Shown one piece after another: positions 51,199-60,440 of a DNA stretch of 64,000 bases. The notes below the pieces were generated by a model, which was not told where the DNA came from, made no database searches, and saw nothing but the letters and a program-made list of their open reading frames with translations. The position numbers and the translations under genes were made by a program. This DNA is from Alphaproteobacteria bacterium (lineage in GTDB: Bacteria > Pseudomonadota > Alphaproteobacteria > SHNJ01), in the NCBI GenBank assembly GCA_004295055.1, contig SHNJ01000031.1, forward strand, positions 170,898 to 234,897, in the 5' to 3' direction. The stretch's first letter is position 1. Each line of letters starts with the position of its first letter.

Positions 51199-51720
51199 AT
51201 GTCCGCTGTAATTAGATCATATAAAAAAATCACTCCGAAAATCGGCAAGAATGTTTTTATCGCCGAAACCGCGGCGATTATTGGCGATGTTGAAATAGGC
51301 GATCAAAGCAGCGTTTGGTATGGCTGCACTTTGCGCGGCGATGTGAATCATATTCGCATTGGCTCAAGTACCAACATTCAAGACGGTGTGGTGATTCATT
51401 GTGCCAGCAAAGAAAACGGCGATATCCCAACCATCGTCGGGGATGATTGTACCATTGGGCATCAGGCGTTACTGCATGCATGCACCATTGGCAATCGCGT
51501 GTTGATCGGCATGCAAGCCTGTATCATGGATGGCGCGAGCGTGGGCGACGAAGCGATTGTCGCGGCTGGCGCATTGGTAACTCCAGGCAAAAAAGTTTTA
51601 ACCGGTCAATTGTGGGCGGGCCGTCCCGCAAAGTATGTGCGCGAATTGACGGCGGATGAGCGCAAACATTTATCCTGGTCGGCGCAGCATTATGTAAGGC
51701 TGGCAAAAGATTATTTATAA
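51199..51720 (+). CDS. Gamma carbonic anhydrase-like hexapeptide-repeat protein
   Basis: IIGDVEIG, SVWYGCTLRGDVNHIRIG, TNIQDG, TIGHQALLHACTIG. Confidence 0.93.
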   Translation: MSAVIRSYKKITPKIGKNVFIAETAAIIGDVEIGDQSSVWYGCTLRGDVNHIRIGSSTNIQDGVVIHCASKENGDIPTIVGDDCTIGHQALLHACTIGNRVLIGMQACIMDGASVGDEAIVAAGALVTPGKKVLTGQLWAGRPAKYVRELTADERKHLSWSAQHYVRLAKDYL

Positions 51721-52305
51721 ATGGCGTGGGACGCAAAAAACATTTTAATCGTTTTTGCGCTGGAATCCGAGGCGCGCGGATTATTTTCACATTTTCCCGT
51801 TTGTTATACTGGCGTTGGTAAAATCAATGCGACTTATGGATTGATGCGCGCGCTGAACGATTGGCGCAGGAAAATGGGTGCAAATCCCGAATTGATTTTG
51901 AATCTTGGCAGTGCGGGCAGCCCGGTATTCAAGGCCGGAAGCATTATCAATTGTACATCGTTTATCGAGCGCGATATGGATGTAACGCCGCTTGGGTTCG
52001 CGCCGTTCCAAGCGCCATTCGATGAAACGCCATCGCCGTTGGTTTATGGCAATCGTTACGCCGATTACCCCGAAGCCGTTTGCGGCACTGGCGATCATTT
52101 TGTCGACGATGCTGGCACGCACCCATGGCAAGTGATGGATATGGAAGCATTTGCATTGGCCAAATTCTGCCACCGGGAGAATATTCCATTCGGCTGTTTG
52201 AAATTCATCAGCGACGGCGCCGATGGCCAAGCCGCAGAAGTGTGGGAGCAGGCGCTGGATCAGGGCGCGAAATTGTTGCGCCAGGCATTCGACAACTTAA
52301 ATTAA
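51721..52305 (+). CDS. MTA/SAH nucleosidase-like protein (PNP/UDP family)
   Basis: YTGVGKINAT, NLGSAGS, CGTGDHF, VMDMEAFALA, KFISDGADG. Confidence 0.85.
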   Translation: MAWDAKNILIVFALESEARGLFSHFPVCYTGVGKINATYGLMRALNDWRRKMGANPELILNLGSAGSPVFKAGSIINCTSFIERDMDVTPLGFAPFQAPFDETPSPLVYGNRYADYPEAVCGTGDHFVDDAGTHPWQVMDMEAFALAKFCHRENIPFGCLKFISDGADGQAAEVWEQALDQGAKLLRQAFDNLN

Positions 52306-52340
52306 TTTATTAGATTGTGAATGCCTTTTAAGCATAAGAA

Positions 52341-52368
52341 AAGCCAGGAAATTTTACTTTCCTGGCTT
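52341..52368 (-). terminator. Intrinsic terminator after phaC
   Basis: AAGCCAGGAAA / TTTCCTGGCTT 11-bp stem; U-rich tail on the minus strand. Confidence 0.7.
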
Positions 52369-52388
52369 GATATAGTATGGGGTGGATA

Positions 52389-54212
52389 TTAAACCACCTT
52401 AAACTTCACATACGTTCCTGGCGCGTCTTCGATGGCTTTTAATTTGCCTTTGCCAGGGATGCGTTTGTCGGCGTCGATTTTGTTGCCGGCATATTCTTTG
52501 ATCCATTGCTGCCAATGCGGCCACCAGGAACCGGGATGTTCCTTGGCGCCATCGAACCAATCGTCGGCGCTTTTTTCAAGACGCGAACTGGTCCAATACT
52601 GGTATTTATTGGCATCCGGATGGTTGACGACGCCGGCAATATGGCCTGAACCCGACAGAACGAATTCCACGTCGCCTTTGTAAATTTGCGTGGCGGAGTA
52701 AACCGATTTCCACGGGCAAATATGATCTTCTTTGGTGCCTACCAAATAAGTCGGCGTGTCGATTTTACGCAAATCCAACTTGGTGCCTTTCAAACTGACG
52801 CCACCCGGTTGGATCAGCAGGTTTTTCTGATACATATTGCGAAGATAGAAACTGTGCATCGCGGCCGGCATGCGGGTAGAATCCGAATTCCAATACAACA
52901 AATCGAATGGGAACGGTTCTTTGCCCAGCAAGTAATTATTGATCACGAACGACCAGATCAAATCGTTGGCGCGCAGCATGTTGAACGTGGTGGCCATTTC
53001 ATAGCCTTCCAAAAAGCCGCGCTTGTTCATGCGTTTTTCCAGCGCCGCTAATTGTTCTTCGTCGATAAAGACGGATAATTCGCCCGCTTCGGTGAAGTCA
53101 ACCAGCGTGACCAAATAAGTCGCGGATTTTACGCGTTCATCCTTTTGCGCCTTCATATAGGCGAGCAGGGAGGCTAGCAATGTACCGCCAAGGCAATATC
53201 CAACGACGTTGAATTCTTTCTCGCCGGTGACTTTTTCCATCGCATCCAATGCCGCCAACGGACCTTCTTCCATATACGCGTCAAAGCCTTTATCGGCGAG
53301 TTCTTTGCCCGGATTGACCCAGGAAATCATGAACACGGTATGGCCCTGATCGACCAGCCATTTGACATACGAATTTTTCGCGCGCAGATCCAAAATATAA
53401 AATTTGTTGATCCATGGCGGAATGATCAGCAATGGGGTTTTGTGCACTTTTTCCGTCGATGGCGAATATTGAATCAATTGCATCAAATCGGTTTGCAAAA
53501 TAACTTTGCCCGGTGTCACGCCGATATCGCGGCCGACTTGGAATGCTTTTTCATCGGTCATGCGGATGCGCAAATTGCCTTTGCCGCGTTCCAAATCCTC
53601 CAGCATATTTTTAAGTCCGCGAACCAGATTCTCGCCCTTGGAATCGATGGTGGCTTTCAATACTTCGGGATTGGTCATCACGAAATTGGATGGCGCCATC
53701 GCATCTACGAACTGGCGGGTGTAAAAATCCACTTTGCGCGCGGTTTGTTCGTCCAAACCATCGATTTCCTTGATCGAATTTTGAATGGTGCGCGCGGTCA
53801 ATAAATAAGATTGTTTGATAAAATCGAAAATGGCGTTTTGTTGCCAGGCTTCGTCTTTGAACCGGCGGTCTCCGGCCGGCGTTTCAATAACTGGTGCCGA
53901 TGGCGTTCCGGCCAGCCAGCGGCGGGAGGTGTTATTCACCAAGGTGATATAATCCTGCCACCAATCCATTTGCGCTTTCCATAATTTGGTTGGATCGGTC
54001 AACATGCGGCGGGTCATTTCAAAAAATGCTTTGCCCACATTGGCGGGATCGCCCATGCCCATGCCGTTCATCGCTTCGCCGCCACCTTTGGAATGTTGTT
54101 TGACAAAATCACCGACCAGTTTTTGCGACTGTTCGGCAATGCTGGTCATGATCTTGGACCATTCTTTTGGGTCAAAGTTTTTGGACGTTTTTTGCTCGGC
54201 ATTTTGGGACAT
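52389..54212 (-). CDS. phaC: Class I poly(R)-hydroxyalkanoate synthase
   Basis: PPWINKFYILDL, lipase box GYCLGG, WNSDSTR, DHICPW, GSGHIAG, SWWPHW. Confidence 0.97.
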   Translation of the reverse strand: MSQNAEQKTSKNFDPKEWSKIMTSIAEQSQKLVGDFVKQHSKGGGEAMNGMGMGDPANVGKAFFEMTRRMLTDPTKLWKAQMDWWQDYITLVNNTSRRWLAGTPSAPVIETPAGDRRFKDEAWQQNAIFDFIKQSYLLTARTIQNSIKEIDGLDEQTARKVDFYTRQFVDAMAPSNFVMTNPEVLKATIDSKGENLVRGLKNMLEDLERGKGNLRIRMTDEKAFQVGRDIGVTPGKVILQTDLMQLIQYSPSTEKVHKTPLLIIPPWINKFYILDLRAKNSYVKWLVDQGHTVFMISWVNPGKELADKGFDAYMEEGPLAALDAMEKVTGEKEFNVVGYCLGGTLLASLLAYMKAQKDERVKSATYLVTLVDFTEAGELSVFIDEEQLAALEKRMNKRGFLEGYEMATTFNMLRANDLIWSFVINNYLLGKEPFPFDLLYWNSDSTRMPAAMHSFYLRNMYQKNLLIQPGGVSLKGTKLDLRKIDTPTYLVGTKEDHICPWKSVYSATQIYKGDVEFVLSGSGHIAGVVNHPDANKYQYWTSSRLEKSADDWFDGAKEHPGSWWPHWQQWIKEYAGNKIDADKRIPGKGKLKAIEDAPGTYVKFKVV

Positions 54213-54409
54213 AATAACCTCAGGAAAACAATGGAAAAAACAAGGACTTAGAGATGTTCAGGATAGCGCATAGAAGTGAATAAAAGGTTAGTTGCAATTA
54301 CACAGGCAGTGATGCATAACTACGCCTTTGGGGGAAGGTATTTATACCATATATGCCCCTTGGGAAAATAGTCAATTCAATAAAGGCAATAGAATCAAAG
54401 GGTTTAGCG

Positions 54410-56710
54410 ATGTCTCGGACACTATGGCGTATCTCGGTTTGTATGTTGTTAGCGGCAGTTTTTTTGCACCTGCAAACTAACTCGGCTTTGGCTTTTGGCG
54501 ATAGCGGCGTTTCCTATCAAATCAAGCCGCAAAATGCTGCATCGCAGCAAAACTCCCCAGCTGTAAATAACATCGCAGCAAATAAGCCGATGTCCGCACC
54601 ACCGTCCGCCAATGCGCCAGCTTGGTATAACAAGGCGCAGAATTTCTTTCGTAACGAAGGCGAACCAGTTCCAGTAAGCGCCGCGACACCGCTGCCTCCG
54701 GTAAAGACAGCCGCACCGGCCGCAATATCGGAACCGGCAAAGGCTGCAATCCCTGGATTCGCGCCGCCAAAATTTTCGGAATATGCTCCACCAGCTCAGA
54801 ATACCCCTAATTGGAATCCGATCACACCGCCTGCACAAAAACCGCAAGCGGCTGCGCCAAACAATGCATTTTCTTCGATGCCTTTAACGCCGCCATCGGA
54901 TTACAATGCGAATGCCCAGAATAATAACGCAGGTCCGTCTTTATCCGCATCGACCGCCCCGGCATTGAATCCAGCCAGCCAGCAGGATTATTTCAACCAA
55001 TCGCAAAAACGCGCGGCTGGCGCTCCTGTCGAACAACCTTTGCGCGCGCCAGCGCAAACCGCGCCGATGAATTCCTATCCAAATTTGTCGTCCGTGCCGA
55101 TGCAGCCATTGCAGGATCAATCCAGCGGCGAATGGGCGCGTAAATTGCAAGCCGATCACGCGGCCGCGCAACAAGCCATGCAACAAGACTGGGCACAGCC
55201 GTCGAACGATTACATCCAAGAATTCCCAATGGTTCCACAACAAGCCCTAGCGCCATCGCCAGCCGAAATGCCGGCGGCAACGCCAAATTGGTCGCAAACG
55301 GCTGTTCCGGTTCCACAAAAAATGGCAACGCCAGTGACCCAGCAAAATGTTGATTCCTACCGTGCCGCGCAACCAGTGCGTTCGGAATCGCCGCAGGCAT
55401 CCAACGCGCCAACGGTCCATAATGCCGATACGCAAAACTGGCCAAAAACGCCATTATACGTGATGGAAAATAACAGCGGTTTTGATAATAACACGCCGCT
55501 GGTTCCACCAACGACGCCATACAGCCAGAATTCTTATCAAGGCGCGAATGATCTGGCTTGGAACGAAGTGCCGCCAGCGACAACACCAGTTGCGCCATCG
55601 GCTTCGATGCAGCAACAGGCAACATCGCAACAACCGTCGATTATTTCCTATGGCAATGTGTACATCACCACAGGCGATTCCTATCAACGCAATGCGCAGC
55701 CGGATGCACCGGTAACGGCACAACAAAACTGGACAGCGCCAGCGGCAGCGCCGGCATCGAATGCCGCCGCGATGACTCCCGCGACTCCATATTTGAATCC
55801 ACGCGATCTAAGTCTGATGATGACGGCCGAAGGCACTCCGGCACCGGCCATGGCGCAACCATCTTGGGTTGGCGACAGCTATTATAACTCTGCCAATAAT
55901 CTGCAGGGCATGCCGTTGCAACCTCCATCCAATGCGTTTGCTCAACAACCGATTGCCGCATCGCCATTTGCAGGATATCAGCCATCTGTAACCAATATGG
56001 CGGAAATGGCGCCTATGAATATGCCGGCTCCGTTTGTTCCTCCCGTACAGCAAGGCAATTATTATTCCTGGTCTGACATGACCGGCCAAGGCGGTTTGGT
56101 TCCACCGGCTGAAATTACCGGCGCGACCCCATGGAGCTATAATGGCGGCGCGATGCAAGCATATACCGATCGCATGATGCAATCGGCTCCATACACATCT
56201 GGCACTGGCGCTCCATATTATCCGTATGGCTATTCCGGTTTTGGTAACTGGCAGGGTGCAAGATCGCCGTATCGCACGCAAGTTGCGTCGAATACCGCCA
56301 GCATTCCTTCCGGTACCGGCCAATATCCAACCCCAATCGGTGCGTTTGATACCAATAAACCGGTTGCAACGATTTATTTCCACGGCGACAACTCCAATTT
56401 AGGCGCTGAGGAAAATAAGGTTCTGAAGCAATTGACCGATTGGTTCCAAGGCAAAGGCGGCGGTTTGAAAGTCGTGGGCCATTCCAGCGCCCGCACCGCG
56501 GACATGGATCCGGACAAACAAAAACAACGCAATTATAAATTATCGTTAGACCGCGCCGATAATGTTGCCAAACGTTTGCAAAAATTAGGCGTTCCAAAAG
56601 ACCGCGTGATTGTCAGCGCGCATGGCGATACCGAAAAAGCCTATTCCGAATCGATGCCATCGGGCGAGGCTTGGAATCGCCGCGTAGAGATCTATTGGGA
56701 TATGTTCTAA
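54410..56710 (+). CDS. Exported protein with a long low-complexity region and a C-terminal OmpA/Pal-like domain
   Basis: Signal peptide from ATG 54410; C-terminal TIYFHGDNS...VVGHSS...LSLDRADNVAKRL...NRRVEIY. Confidence 0.85.
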   Translation: MSRTLWRISVCMLLAAVFLHLQTNSALAFGDSGVSYQIKPQNAASQQNSPAVNNIAANKPMSAPPSANAPAWYNKAQNFFRNEGEPVPVSAATPLPPVKTAAPAAISEPAKAAIPGFAPPKFSEYAPPAQNTPNWNPITPPAQKPQAAAPNNAFSSMPLTPPSDYNANAQNNNAGPSLSASTAPALNPASQQDYFNQSQKRAAGAPVEQPLRAPAQTAPMNSYPNLSSVPMQPLQDQSSGEWARKLQADHAAAQQAMQQDWAQPSNDYIQEFPMVPQQALAPSPAEMPAATPNWSQTAVPVPQKMATPVTQQNVDSYRAAQPVRSESPQASNAPTVHNADTQNWPKTPLYVMENNSGFDNNTPLVPPTTPYSQNSYQGANDLAWNEVPPATTPVAPSASMQQQATSQQPSIISYGNVYITTGDSYQRNAQPDAPVTAQQNWTAPAAAPASNAAAMTPATPYLNPRDLSLMMTAEGTPAPAMAQPSWVGDSYYNSANNLQGMPLQPPSNAFAQQPIAASPFAGYQPSVTNMAEMAPMNMPAPFVPPVQQGNYYSWSDMTGQGGLVPPAEITGATPWSYNGGAMQAYTDRMMQSAPYTSGTGAPYYPYGYSGFGNWQGARSPYRTQVASNTASIPSGTGQYPTPIGAFDTNKPVATIYFHGDNSNLGAEENKVLKQLTDWFQGKGGGLKVVGHSSARTADMDPDKQKQRNYKLSLDRADNVAKRLQKLGVPKDRVIVSAHGDTEKAYSESMPSGEAWNRRVEIYWDMF

Positions 56711-56745
56711 GCAAAATCCCAAGTCTTTATTAATTTCCAAAACAG

Positions 56746-56901
56746 CCCTCCCCCTTGTGGGGAGGGTTAGTTATTCTTAGACGCGATAGCGTCTTAGAAT
56801 AACTTGGGTGGGGGTGCGCGATGATAGCAATTACCCCCACCCAAGCTTCGCTAATTTGCTTCGCAAATAAGCTACGCTATCCCTCCCCACAAGGGGGAGG
56901 G
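56746..56901. repeat. REP-like cruciform element, family C
   Basis: CCCTCCCCCTTGTGGGGAGGG (56746-56766) is the exact reverse complement of 56881-56901; three internal hairpins; lies between convergent genes. Confidence 0.85.
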
Positions 56902-56930
56902 AATATTTTTATAATAACAATAATTAGTTC

Positions 56931-57821
56931 TTACTTCCCGGCATCGATATGCACATCCACCAATTGCCCGACATAGGCTTGCATCGCGCCTTTAGGGAAG
57001 GAATATAGGATCTGCAATACGCGTGTATCCACGCGTTCGGTGCTCTGTCCCGTCAGGGATTTTTTCGGCACGACATAAGGTTCAATCCGCACAAATTTCA
57101 AATCGGTCTGGATTTGCTTGTTGCCGCGCAGGCTGGCATGGGCCTTGGTATTCGGCTTTACCCGCCAGGCATCGTTTTCATCAATATCGACGCGAATATA
57201 TAACAAATCGGTGCTGCCCAAAATAATCAGTGGGTTATTGGCGACTTGCGCCGGGGCAAATTCCCCTGGCCGAACGTCGACCTTTAATACTTCGCCATCA
57301 ATTGGGGCGCGAATACTGCGAATTTCCAAATCTGTTTGCGCGGCGGCCAGTTCCGCTTGCGCCCGTTTGACATTGGCGCTGGCCAATTGGGCCGCATATT
57401 GCCGCGATTTAAATTCTTCCTTGCTGACCGATTGCATATCGCTTAATTTCTTCCAGCGGTCGAATTTTTGTTGCGCGTCCAGGCGTTCGGCTTCGGCCAC
57501 ATCCAACGCCGCGCGTTTGATATCGACATTCGCTGTCGCCTCGCGATCGTCCAAAGTGAATAATATATCGCCTGTCTTTACCATTTGCCCGACTTGAACT
57601 TTGACATATTTTACAATTGCGCCGATGGGCGATGCGATTTCAATATTCTCGCTGCTGGCCTCGATAATGCCGGTTCCGGATATCGTTTGATCGAATGGCG
57701 CCGGTGCGGGTTCCGACATTTCCGCCGGGGGTTTGGGGACATCCTTGCGTTGCTTGGCGACGAAATTGGCGGCGAATACGACACCAATAATGGCTAATAC
57801 GGGAAGTATATATTTACGCAT
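56931..57821 (-). CDS. Membrane-fusion (HlyD/periplasmic adaptor) subunit
   Basis: N-terminal anchor, ISGTGIIEASSE, IRAPIDGEVL, ERVDTRVLQILY. Confidence 0.9.
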   Translation of the reverse strand: MRKYILPVLAIIGVVFAANFVAKQRKDVPKPPAEMSEPAPAPFDQTISGTGIIEASSENIEIASPIGAIVKYVKVQVGQMVKTGDILFTLDDREATANVDIKRAALDVAEAERLDAQQKFDRWKKLSDMQSVSKEEFKSRQYAAQLASANVKRAQAELAAAQTDLEIRSIRAPIDGEVLKVDVRPGEFAPAQVANNPLIILGSTDLLYIRVDIDENDAWRVKPNTKAHASLRGNKQIQTDLKFVRIEPYVVPKKSLTGQSTERVDTRVLQILYSFPKGAMQAYVGQLVDVHIDAGK

Positions 57822-57829
57822 GGCGGCAC

Positions 57830-58537
57830 CTAATGAATAATTTCTTTATAGTCGGTTGTAATTTTCACGACCCGTCCGTCATCCAATTGCGCGATCCGGT
57901 CGGCATATTGGAAAATCCTATTGTCGTGAGTAACGATAATCAAGGTTTTGTTGTGATTGGCTGCGGTTTGTTTTAACAATTGGATCACTTTTTGCCCTGT
58001 CTGATTGTCCAGCGCCGATGTGGGTTCATCGCAAACGATAATGTTTGGCTGATGCACCAGCGCCCGGGCAATAGCAACCCTTTGCTGCTGGCCGCCGGAC
58101 AATTGTCCGGGCAGGCTGCGTCCACGATCGCCAAGGCCAACTTCACCCAGCATTTCTGTTGCTTTTTTTATCGCTTTGGACTGGGACATGCCTTGCAGCA
58201 ATAAAGGAACGGCCACATTTTCCGCCGCGCTTAGCGAAGGCAATAAATTGAACGACTGAAAAACGAAACCAATATTTTTGCCGCGAAACATGGTGGTTTC
58301 CCGCGTGCTCATGTTTTTATAGTCCGCGCCTAATACTTTGCACTCGCCATCATCGCGGTTAAGAATCCCGGCGATGACCGAAATTAATGTTGTCTTGCCG
58401 CAACCGGACGGGCCGACCAGCATCAACAATTCACCCTTGTATATTTCCAGTTCAATGCCGCGCAGCGCCGGTACCTTCGTTTCTCCGGAGCCGAAGTTTT
58501 TTTGCAGATTATGGCATCGGACGGCTACATCTTTCAT
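57830..58537 (-). CDS. ABC transporter ATP-binding protein (LolD/MacB-like)
   Basis: GPSGCGKTT, LSGGQQQRVAIARAL, CDEPTSALD, VTHD. Confidence 0.95.
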   Translation of the reverse strand: MKDVAVRCHNLQKNFGSGETKVPALRGIELEIYKGELLMLVGPSGCGKTTLISVIAGILNRDDGECKVLGADYKNMSTRETTMFRGKNIGFVFQSFNLLPSLSAAENVAVPLLLQGMSQSKAIKKATEMLGEVGLGDRGRSLPGQLSGGQQQRVAIARALVHQPNIIVCDEPTSALDNQTGQKVIQLLKQTAANHNKTLIIVTHDNRIFQYADRIAQLDDGRVVKITTDYKEIIH

Positions 58538-58541
58538 GTCA

Positions 58542-59699
58542 TCACCGGAATACTATGCCAGGTTCCTGGCGCAAGACTTTTAGCAGGCTCAAAAATCCGG
58601 CCAGCAGGCAAATTATGGAAATGGCGCCAGCGGCGACAACCGGAATTTGCCATACCATTAAAAAGGCGAGGCGGGAACCGCTCATCAGCGTGCCGAATAG
58701 CGCCGCCGCCCCAAGCCCAATGCCGTATCCCATGCTGCCGACGACAACGACTTGGGTTGCCACAATACGGAACAACCGTCCATTGGTCGCGCCTAATGCC
58801 TTTAATGTCGCAAAATATTTAAGATTATCCAAAGTGAAATTGTATAATATCTGTCCGCAAACCAACAAACCGATTACAAACCCAAGCGCCATCGAAATCG
58901 AAAAATTGATCAGAATGCCGGTGTTGGTCATCACATATTGTTTGGTCAGTTCCTGGAATTGTTCGCGTGTCAATGCTTTCAATCCGGTGGTTTGCTGAAT
59001 GTTGTCGGCGACTTGCTGAATATTTTGGCCCGGTTTTGCCTTGGCCAGGATAAAGGTCAGCATTTTACGCGTTTTTGGCGCATAGGAAAGCGCGCGGTTA
59101 TAAGTGGTATAAATCAAAGGTTCCCAGAAAAACTTCCGGCCCACTTCGAAAAATCCGGTAATAATCGCTTGGTTGTCATTGATGTCAATCGAATCGCCGA
59201 CCTGTAAAACTGGCTGCGACCCATCTGGATTCGGTTTTAATTTCAACGTGCGATCCAATTCCTTTATTTCCACCATAATAGCCTGATCGCGGCGCAAATC
59301 GGTCAATTTGCCTTGCACCATTTTGGCGGGGCCACCCACCAGTGTCGCATCATCGACGCCCACCATCAAGCAGGTCACGGTTTTGCCATCGGGCAGGCGA
59401 CAATTGGTGCGGATACGCATTAATGGCACCGCCCATTCAACGCCGGAAACGCTGCGCACCCGGTCGAGCGCGGTATCGGGCAGGGGTTTATATTCCTCGC
59501 TCATTTGCACTTCGGGATCCATGACCCATAAATCATACGGGCCGACCGTATCGCGGATGCTCGCGCCGGTATTGTACATTAGGCCAAGAAAAATGGATGC
59601 TTGTTGCGCAATCAATAGGGTCGCAAAGGCAATGCCGAAAATCAGCGAAAAATATTTTAATTTATCGCCCATCAGCATTTTCAGTGCGATTAAATTCAT
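58542..59699 (-). CDS. ABC transporter permease (FtsX/MacB-type)
   Basis: One N-terminal TM, large periplasmic domain, three C-terminal TMs; FATLKALGAT. Confidence 0.9.
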   Translation of the reverse strand: MNLIALKMLMGDKLKYFSLIFGIAFATLLIAQQASIFLGLMYNTGASIRDTVGPYDLWVMDPEVQMSEEYKPLPDTALDRVRSVSGVEWAVPLMRIRTNCRLPDGKTVTCLMVGVDDATLVGGPAKMVQGKLTDLRRDQAIMVEIKELDRTLKLKPNPDGSQPVLQVGDSIDINDNQAIITGFFEVGRKFFWEPLIYTTYNRALSYAPKTRKMLTFILAKAKPGQNIQQVADNIQQTTGLKALTREQFQELTKQYVMTNTGILINFSISMALGFVIGLLVCGQILYNFTLDNLKYFATLKALGATNGRLFRIVATQVVVVGSMGYGIGLGAAALFGTLMSGSRLAFLMVWQIPVVAAGAISIICLLAGFLSLLKVLRQEPGIVFR

Positions 59700-59708
59700 G
59701 ATGGAATC

Positions 59709-60431
59709 CTAGGCGGCTTTGATATCCTTGTGCGCGTAGTATTTTTTACCATTGCTGGTGCAAGAATCCAGCGCCAATTGCACATAAAGGGGGGCGATGG
59801 ATTCGGGCGGTGGCAAAGTCATCGGATTCTCGCCCGGAAACGCCTCGGCCCGCATTTGGGTACGCACCGCGCCTGGATCGACGAGGTTAACACGAATATT
59901 GGTGCTGGCGACTTCGTTGGCGTAAGTGTGGGCCAGCGATTCCAGCGCCGATTTGCTGATATTATACGCGCCCCAATAGGCGGGATTGAATTCGGTCACG
60001 CCGCTGGTGGTGAAAATAACCCGTCCGGCTTTCGATGATAATAAGCCGCCGTGCATTGCGCGTAATAAACGCCAATTGGCGTGCACATTCACGGTCATAA
60101 CATTGGTGAAATCGCGCGGTTTTGTATCGTGCAAGGGACCCAGGATACCCAGCGTCGCGGCATTGCCGACAAACACATCCAGCCGACGGAATTTTTTGGC
60201 CAATTCCGCCGCCAGCGTGTCGATCATTTCAACTTTGGATAAATCCAGCGGCACCAAGGTTGCCTCGCCGCCTGCCGCTTGCACCAGGTCGTCCGTTTCT
60301 TCCAGCGCAGGAACATCGCGCCCGGTTAAAATCAACCGTGCGCCTTGACGGGCAAATTCCACCGCAACGGCGCGGCCGATCCCGCGCGATGCGCCGGTGA
60401 TCAAAACAATTTTATCCTGAAGAAGTTTCAT
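59709..60431 (-). CDS. Short-chain dehydrogenase/reductase (YciK-like)
   Basis: ITGASRGIG, YNISK (YxxxK), VDPGAVRTQMRAEAFPGE. Confidence 0.93.
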   Translation of the reverse strand: MKLLQDKIVLITGASRGIGRAVAVEFARQGARLILTGRDVPALEETDDLVQAAGGEATLVPLDLSKVEMIDTLAAELAKKFRRLDVFVGNAATLGILGPLHDTKPRDFTNVMTVNVHANWRLLRAMHGGLLSSKAGRVIFTTSGVTEFNPAYWGAYNISKSALESLAHTYANEVASTNIRVNLVDPGAVRTQMRAEAFPGENPMTLPPPESIAPLYVQLALDSCTSNGKKYYAHKDIKAA

Positions 60432-60440
60432 TAACCGGCC

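Noticed and set aside
51199-51720. Gamma-CA-like protein as a complex I accessory subunit (as in plant and protist mitochondria)
   Set aside because: It is 5 kb from nuoI, behind rplM-rpsI, and the family is ubiquitous in bacteria; no sequence link to the nuo operon.
56931-59699. Tripartite ABC exporter as a novel secretion system
   Set aside because: Ordinary permease-ATPase-adaptor trio of a widespread type; no adjacent cargo or outer-membrane factor to suggest anything special.
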